From NCBI GenBank assembly GCA_023247705.1, contig JAHFFY010000003.1, forward strand, positions 14,067 through 78,066: a stretch of DNA of 64,000 nt, given 5' to 3'. Below are positions 59,167 through 64,000 of the stretch, piece by piece. The notes under the pieces were generated by a model, which saw nothing but the letters and a program-made list of their open reading frames with translations, did no database searches and was not told the origin of the DNA. Numbering within the stretch: position 1 is the first letter of the stretch; each line of letters starts with the position of its first letter. Source of the DNA: Candidatus Omnitrophota bacterium (GTDB lineage Bacteria; Omnitrophota; Gorgyraeia; Zapsychrales; JAHFFX01). A program made the position numbers and the translations under genes.

Positions 59167-60445
59167 AAGTTAAAACTTTTAATAAATGTTTGTTTTTAGA
59201 AAAATGTTCGGTCTGCCAGGAATCAATGATCTCTTCGCTGTATTCTTTCCAAAGCCGACGGTAATTGTCCCAGCCCAAACGCGGCCCGGCCCGGTTGACC
59301 CAAGGCGGATTAGAAAGGTAACTGAAAAGCCCGTCAGGAAACGTGCTGTTCTTGATCGCCTTGTACGTCCAGTACGTCCAGTGAAAACCGAACTCTGCAA
59401 AGCAAACCAACATATCTTTGACCCATTGATCTTCGCCGTAAATCCCCTGGCGCGCGTTGACCCCGAATTCTCCAACGAGAATGGGGCGGTTGCGTTCTTT
59501 GGCGATGGTGTGATAGGCTTTCAACATCTTGCGCATCAGGTTTCGGTTCCAGTGCTGGCTGGTTCGCGCCGACAACGGATAATGTAAATACGGAACAAAA
59601 TTAAAAGTAAAATCCGCTGGATGATACACGTGAATGCTCAAGACAATATTGTCATCAGTAAAATTATCCAGGCAATCAATATCAGTGGCCCATTTGTTTC
59701 CTTCAACAAACAGAATATGCCGGCGATCAACCGCTCTGATCGTCGCGATCAATTGTTTATAAAACCCGTTCAATAATTTCGTATCTTCCAAGACCGATTC
59801 GTTGAGAAGATCATAACCCGCCACCTGAAAATTATCTTTATAACGGTCGGCTAGAAATTCCCACAAGGCCAGGGTCCTTTTCTGAAAGCTCTTGTTTTTC
59901 CATAACAAGGCCTGGCCCAAACTGTCCGAATGCCAATCGTAATTCTGCGAACCGCAAGCGCCATGAAGATCGAGGATCACCCGGATTTTATATCTCTTAG
60001 CCCAGGCAAGGACCCGGTCTAAATATCCGACGCCGTTTTGATCATACTGATAAGGTTTACGTTCGATGAGCCGGTGATGAAACGGCACGCGGACGCAGTT
60101 CAGTCCCAACCCGGCGATGATTTTCAAATCCGATTCCCGGATAAAATGGTCACGAAAATATTTCTCAAAGGCCCTTAAAATATCTGGCCCCAACTGCGCG
60201 GCAAAATCTTTTTTAAAAACCTGCTCGGCAATATTCCGGGCGTGCATAATATAGCCTTCCATCATCAACCACCCACCGAGATTGACCCCCTTGAGGATGA
60301 CCGGCCGCGATGCCGCATCAACGATGGAACGGCCCTCAACGCGCAGAAAATCGTTGTTTGAAACAGGATTTAATTTTCCGGATGATTTCATAAATCTTAA
60401 ATGGCCCCCGCATATTTCAAAAAATTTGTGACTCCGGCGATCCAT
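59135..60445 (-). CDS. glycoside hydrolase family 5 (cellulase-like)
   Basis: 436 aa. ILKGVNLGGWLMMEGY…, catalytic acid DLLNES, nucleophile region LVGEFG. Confidence 0.8.
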   Translation of the reverse strand: MDRRSHKFFEICGGHLRFMKSSGKLNPVSNNDFLRVEGRSIVDAASRPVILKGVNLGGWLMMEGYIMHARNIAEQVFKKDFAAQLGPDILRAFEKYFRDHFIRESDLKIIAGLGLNCVRVPFHHRLIERKPYQYDQNGVGYLDRVLAWAKRYKIRVILDLHGACGSQNYDWHSDSLGQALLWKNKSFQKRTLALWEFLADRYKDNFQVAGYDLLNESVLEDTKLLNGFYKQLIATIRAVDRRHILFVEGNKWATDIDCLDNFTDDNIVLSIHVYHPADFTFNFVPYLHYPLSARTSQHWNRNLMRKMLKAYHTIAKERNRPILVGEFGVNARQGIYGEDQWVKDMLVCFAEFGFHWTYWTYKAIKNSTFPDGLFSYLSNPPWVNRAGPRLGWDNYRRLWKEYSEEIIDSWQTEHFSKNKHLLKVLTYAARNHFQPA

Positions 60446-61206
60446 CTTTCTTTTGAAACAATATGACTGTCATTATGTCCACCGGAAACTTCCAGAAACG
60501 CCTTCGGAGAGCCAGCCATATCAAATAACTTCTTACCTAATTTAAAAGGAATAACATCGTCCTGCGGACTATGGATGAATAATTTCGGGATAGAAATGCG
60601 AGGGATCTTCGATGCTGAATCCAGTTTGGTCTGGATCAAAAACGACGGGATAAAAGGATACATGGCCTTGCCCATATCCGCCGCTGAGCTAAAAGAAGAA
60701 TCAACGATCAAACAAGTCAATGGTCTTTTGGTCGCTAAATCGATCGCCACAGCGCCACCCAAAGAAGCGCCGTATACCCCGATCTTTCCGGGATCAATAT
60801 CATTTCTGGTCAATAAATAATCATAGGCCTGCAGGGCGTCTTCATATAAACCGTGCTCCGACGGCGTACCGTGACTTTTGCCGAACCCGCGGTAATCGAT
60901 AATGAAAACGTTCATACCGACATCGTAAAGAATTTTGATTTTATCTAGCCGGTCGGAAAGATTCCCCGCGTTTCCGTGGAGATAAATGAGGGTCTGTTTT
61001 GCCAGAGGGTTCTTGATCAACCAGCCGTTAATCAATACATGGTCTCTGGTCTTGAAATAAATATCCTCAAACTTCAATCCGATATCCCGGGGAGTCGATG
61101 TGATCTTTCTCGCCGGGTGAAACGCCGAAGATCTTTCCAGATAGCGGACAAAAGCGACAAAAGACAGCACAAGGACAAACAGTACTAATAAAATTTTCAT
61201 TTTCAT
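60397..61206 (-). CDS. alpha/beta-hydrolase fold protein with N-terminal TM anchor
   Basis: 269 aa. LHGNAGN…; nucleophile elbow GASLGG; …D…H at the C-terminus. Confidence 0.8.
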   Translation of the reverse strand: MKMKILLVLFVLVLSFVAFVRYLERSSAFHPARKITSTPRDIGLKFEDIYFKTRDHVLINGWLIKNPLAKQTLIYLHGNAGNLSDRLDKIKILYDVGMNVFIIDYRGFGKSHGTPSEHGLYEDALQAYDYLLTRNDIDPGKIGVYGASLGGAVAIDLATKRPLTCLIVDSSFSSAADMGKAMYPFIPSFLIQTKLDSASKIPRISIPKLFIHSPQDDVIPFKLGKKLFDMAGSPKAFLEVSGGHNDSHIVSKERWIAGVTNFLKYAGAI

Positions 61207-61211
61207 GGGAT

Positions 61212-61300
61212 GAGTACTTTGTCAAACCCGTTTTTAATAGTTGATCCCTCGATACTTTGAAGGAAATCAACGATTAAAAACAAAATTGACAAAGTATTAG
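61212..61300. repeat. MITE-like palindromic repeat, family 1, copy 4
   Basis: GAGTACTTTGTCAAACCCGTTTTTAATAGTTGATCCCTCGATACTTTGAAGGAAATCAACGATTAAAAACAAAATTGACAAAGTATTAG. Begins 6 nt upstream of the hydrolase start codon. Confidence 0.85.
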
Positions 61301-61348
61301 AGATCAATGCGCAACGACCGTCCAGACATCGGCACTGAAATCAATGAG

Positions 61349-61771
61349 TTATTGATCAGTTTTGATCTCCTCCTGAGATTTTCGCTGAGGGATGAGACTG
61401 ATCATCAATCGAATCGCTCTTAAGATATCATCGATGCGGCAGGGTTTTGTGATATAGTGATCCGCTTCCAAGGAAAGGCCTTTTTGCATGTCACCTAATT
61501 CATTGAGCCCGGAAATAATAATCACCGGCTGCCATTTATTAGACGGCGGCGTTTCTCTCAACTTTTTTAAAACCGCAAACCCGTCCATCCCGGGCATCGT
61601 TAAATCCAGAAGAATCACATCCGGAGAATCACTGACAATCAGATCCCAGGCCTGCAATCCATCGGAGGCCGTGATCACTTCGTAGCCTTCCATACGGATT
61701 TTTTTGGCCATGATCTGCAATATTTCCGGTTCATCGTCGGCCATCAAAATTTTAATTTTCCCGCCGTCCAT
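61349..61771 (-). CDS. single-domain response regulator (CheY-like receiver)
   Basis: KILMADDEPEIL…(D)…VILLDLTMPGMDGF…; start placed at MDGGKIKIL with RBS GGAGG 7 nt upstream. The track ORF extends to 61843. Confidence 0.8.
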   Translation of the reverse strand: MDGGKIKILMADDEPEILQIMAKKIRMEGYEVITASDGLQAWDLIVSDSPDVILLDLTMPGMDGFAVLKKLRETPPSNKWQPVIIISGLNELGDMQKGLSLEADHYITKPCRIDDILRAIRLMISLIPQRKSQEEIKTDQ

Positions 61772-61811
61772 AATCAATCCTCCATCTCCATTCATTATTG
61801 ATTCGGTCCTG

Positions 61812-62384
61812 TTACTTACGGATTTTTTCTTTCCTGATCCCACCCCTTGCGGTCACTGTATCGATGCTATTGAGCGTTTTGGCGTTCTGTTTCAGGGAAG
61901 GAATATCCGTAACGCGCGCCGATGAATAATCTTTTAAGTCATAACTGATCTCTGTCGAAGGAATCGTATGCTTGTCGATCACCACCCTGGCTTTCTTAAA
62001 AAAATCCAACGCCAGTGTATCATGAAAATCGGAGAATACAACCACCCGGATGATTCCCGCCGTAATCAATGCCTTGGCACAGGTCGTGCACGGCATATTC
62101 GTCACATAGGCGGAGGCCCCTTCCACCGCATGACCGCGTCTCGCCGCCTGGATCAATGCGTTCATCTCAGCATGAACGGTCCTCATACAATGATTATCAA
62201 CGATTATGCATCCGACATCGTCACAATGATCGTCTCCCGGAATAGATCCGTTATATCCGCTGGCAATCACATTCTTGTTTTTCGCCAGGATACATCCGCA
62301 ATGCATCCGCGGACAGGTCGCCCGCTCGGAAGCCAGCATTGCCAATTTCAAAAAATATTCATCCCAGTCGGGTCGTATCGTCAT
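61812..62384 (-). CDS. dCMP deaminase (ComEB-like cytidine/deoxycytidylate deaminase)
   Basis: 190 aa. HAEMNAL…PCTTCAKAL zinc-binding CDA motifs. Confidence 0.85.
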   Translation of the reverse strand: MTIRPDWDEYFLKLAMLASERATCPRMHCGCILAKNKNVIASGYNGSIPGDDHCDDVGCIIVDNHCMRTVHAEMNALIQAARRGHAVEGASAYVTNMPCTTCAKALITAGIIRVVVFSDFHDTLALDFFKKARVVIDKHTIPSTEISYDLKDYSSARVTDIPSLKQNAKTLNSIDTVTARGGIRKEKIRK

Positions 62385-62437
62385 TGATATTCTCCTTACA
62401 TGTTAGACATAAAAATCAAATTAAAAAATACTCTCCA

Positions 62438-63421
62438 TTAATAAACGCCGCGGATCAACGAAGCGACTTTCGTTTCATAAAACAATTTCAATTGATCATG
62501 CAATTCTTGGGAAAGCGGCTCCAAATCGATGGCAGAGGCGTTTTCTTTGACTTGATTGATCTTCGTCGCTCCCGGGATCACGACACTCACCGCGTCGAAA
62601 TCTAGGATCCAGCGCAACGCCATCTGACTCATGGTCATTCCTTGAGGGACCAGCGTTTTGAGTTCGTCGGCCAACGCCACTCCTTTCTCAAAAGGAATCC
62701 CGCTGAATGTTTCTCCGACATTAAAAGCCTTGCCGTCGCGATTATAAAAACGATGGTCTTGCGGATCAAAATTCGTTTTGGTCGTCATCTTCCCTGATAA
62801 TAACCCCGAAGAAAACGGCAACCGGACGATCACCGCGACCTTCTTCGCCTTGGCTTTCTCAAAAAGCGCTGAAATCGGTTTCTGCCGGAAGATATTGAAA
62901 ATGATCTGCAACGACGCGACATTGTCCTTCTCTAAACAAAATAAGGCATCTTCCATCGATTCGACACTGATCCCAAAATTTTTGACCTTTCCGTCTTTTT
63001 TCAAAATCGCAATCCATTCCCAGAGTTCGGTTTTTTTCAAAAAATCCGACGGAATACAATGGATCTGCATCAAATCAATGACATCGACTCCCAAACGTTC
63101 CAAAGAACTATCGATAAAGGTACGGAAAGAATAAAGCGAAAAATTTTTGGGCCAGCCGGGTCTTGGGGACTGCCCCATTTTCGTCGCGACAAAAATCTTT
63201 TCGAAACATTCCTTTCGAAACTGCCCGATCCTCGTTTCACTTAGACCATGACCATACACATCGGCGGTATCAAAAAAATTGATCCCCTGGTCAACGGCGG
63301 ATCTTAAAACAGCCCGCGCACTCCGGTCATCCAAACCACCCCAATCCGGCCCCAGCTGCCAGGTTCCCAATCCAATCTCAGATACTTTAAATCCCGTCTG
63401 TCCTAATTGCCTGTGTTTCAT
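62438..63421 (-). CDS. aldo/keto reductase
   Basis: 327 aa. …GLGTWQLG…DTADVYG…NFGIS… AKR family (beta/alpha)8 signatures. Confidence 0.85.
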   Translation of the reverse strand: MKHRQLGQTGFKVSEIGLGTWQLGPDWGGLDDRSARAVLRSAVDQGINFFDTADVYGHGLSETRIGQFRKECFEKIFVATKMGQSPRPGWPKNFSLYSFRTFIDSSLERLGVDVIDLMQIHCIPSDFLKKTELWEWIAILKKDGKVKNFGISVESMEDALFCLEKDNVASLQIIFNIFRQKPISALFEKAKAKKVAVIVRLPFSSGLLSGKMTTKTNFDPQDHRFYNRDGKAFNVGETFSGIPFEKGVALADELKTLVPQGMTMSQMALRWILDFDAVSVVIPGATKINQVKENASAIDLEPLSQELHDQLKLFYETKVASLIRGVY

Positions 63422-63423
63422 CC

Positions 63424-64000
63424 TCAGGAGACCTTTTTGACAAACTCAAATCCGTTCCATTTAAAGTTATCTTCCTTAAAATCCGCAAATGCTTTCGGAT
63501 CTGTCACTTGATTTTCGCATAACCAGCGGACAAACCGACCCTTAATGAATTTTCCGTCATGACCGGCAGGGATTCTTTTCTCTTTTCTGATATAAACAAA
63601 ATCAACGGATATTCCCTGTTCATACTCCACCGCTTTCCGGTGGGCAAGTGGCAAAAGATCAATCACAAAAAAATTTCTCAAGTCCTGGGCAATAATCGGC
63701 CGCCAATGCTTTTGGGCATCCAATTTTTCGATCTTTAATTTATAGTCGGGAATCAAATCAAGCGGTTCAATTAAACCAAACATGGCTGAAACGATTCGGA
63801 CATGCTCCTGCAAAAATTCTTTGGCGGCAGGATTTAATAATTCATAACCGATCCCGTCATACACAACTCCCGCGTAGCGTTCGATGGCCGGCATGGTCGG
63901 AGTATTTAAAATATTTTTATTGGTCTCAATCGCTTCGGACAGTGCTTTCCCTTTGACCCCGAAGAGCTGCTCAGGTTGTCCGGAATAATTATGCAATCGG
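63424..64000 (-). CDS. yaaA: YaaA-family (UPF0246/DUF328) peroxide-stress protein; N-terminus beyond window end
   Basis: …AIERYAGVVYDGIGYELLNPAAKEFLQEHVRIVSAMFGLIEPLDLIPDYKLKI… aligns to the middle and C-terminal part of E. coli YaaA. The frame is open to the window edge. Confidence 0.75.
   Translation of the reverse strand, partial: RLHNYSGQPEQLFGVKGKALSEAIETNKNILNTPTMPAIERYAGVVYDGIGYELLNPAAKEFLQEHVRIVSAMFGLIEPLDLIPDYKLKIEKLDAQKHWRPIIAQDLRNFFVIDLLPLAHRKAVEYEQGISVDFVYIRKEKRIPAGHDGKFIKGRFVRWLCENQVTDPKAFADFKEDNFKWNGFEFVKKVS

Overview
This 64 kb window appears to come from an uncultivated, probably diderm bacterium; I cannot assign a phylum from sequence alone. Several proteins point to an outer-membrane envelope: AsmA-family proteins, a secretin, a DsbA-like oxidoreductase, lipoproteins and a YceI-like protein. 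The window is gene dense, and from about 9 kb to 64 kb nearly every gene is on the minus strand, in long co-directional housekeeping operons. These include a complete queDCEF (preQ1 synthesis) cluster with murI, an amidase, rph and rdgB. There is also a redox cluster (pirin, thioredoxin-domain YyaL-like protein, DsbA-like, YceI-like), a translation-related cluster (Smr, ABC-F, rluB, trmH-family), and a GT2 gene next to a GH94-like hydrolase/phosphorylase gene.

The left 5 kb looks like the edge of an integrated mobile element. It carries a large serine recombinase, a DUF2924 partner, a TPR protein and an AbiEi/AbiEii-type abortive-infection toxin-antitoxin pair, and it abuts the 3' end of a tRNA-His. 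The rest of the window holds three tRNAs in total (His-GTG, Arg-TCT, Pro-TGG) and several clean rho-independent terminators.

Two things are not explained by ordinary gene annotation. The first is an ~90 bp palindromic MITE-like repeat with four near-identical intergenic copies (about 9572, 45703, 55255 and 61212). The second is an ~90 bp element built from phased CGGGTT / AACCCG heptamers with two copies (21825 and 28843). Other observations worth a second look are an unusually short mini-secretin embedded in a cell-wall/queuosine operon, a giant AsmA-like protein with six internal ~115 aa tandem repeats, two YfhO-family GT-C paralogs, a PilZ protein with an N-terminal domain I cannot place, and a few small ORFs with strong ribosome-binding sites.

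All calls rest on reading the six-frame translations and the raw sequence. No database search was run.
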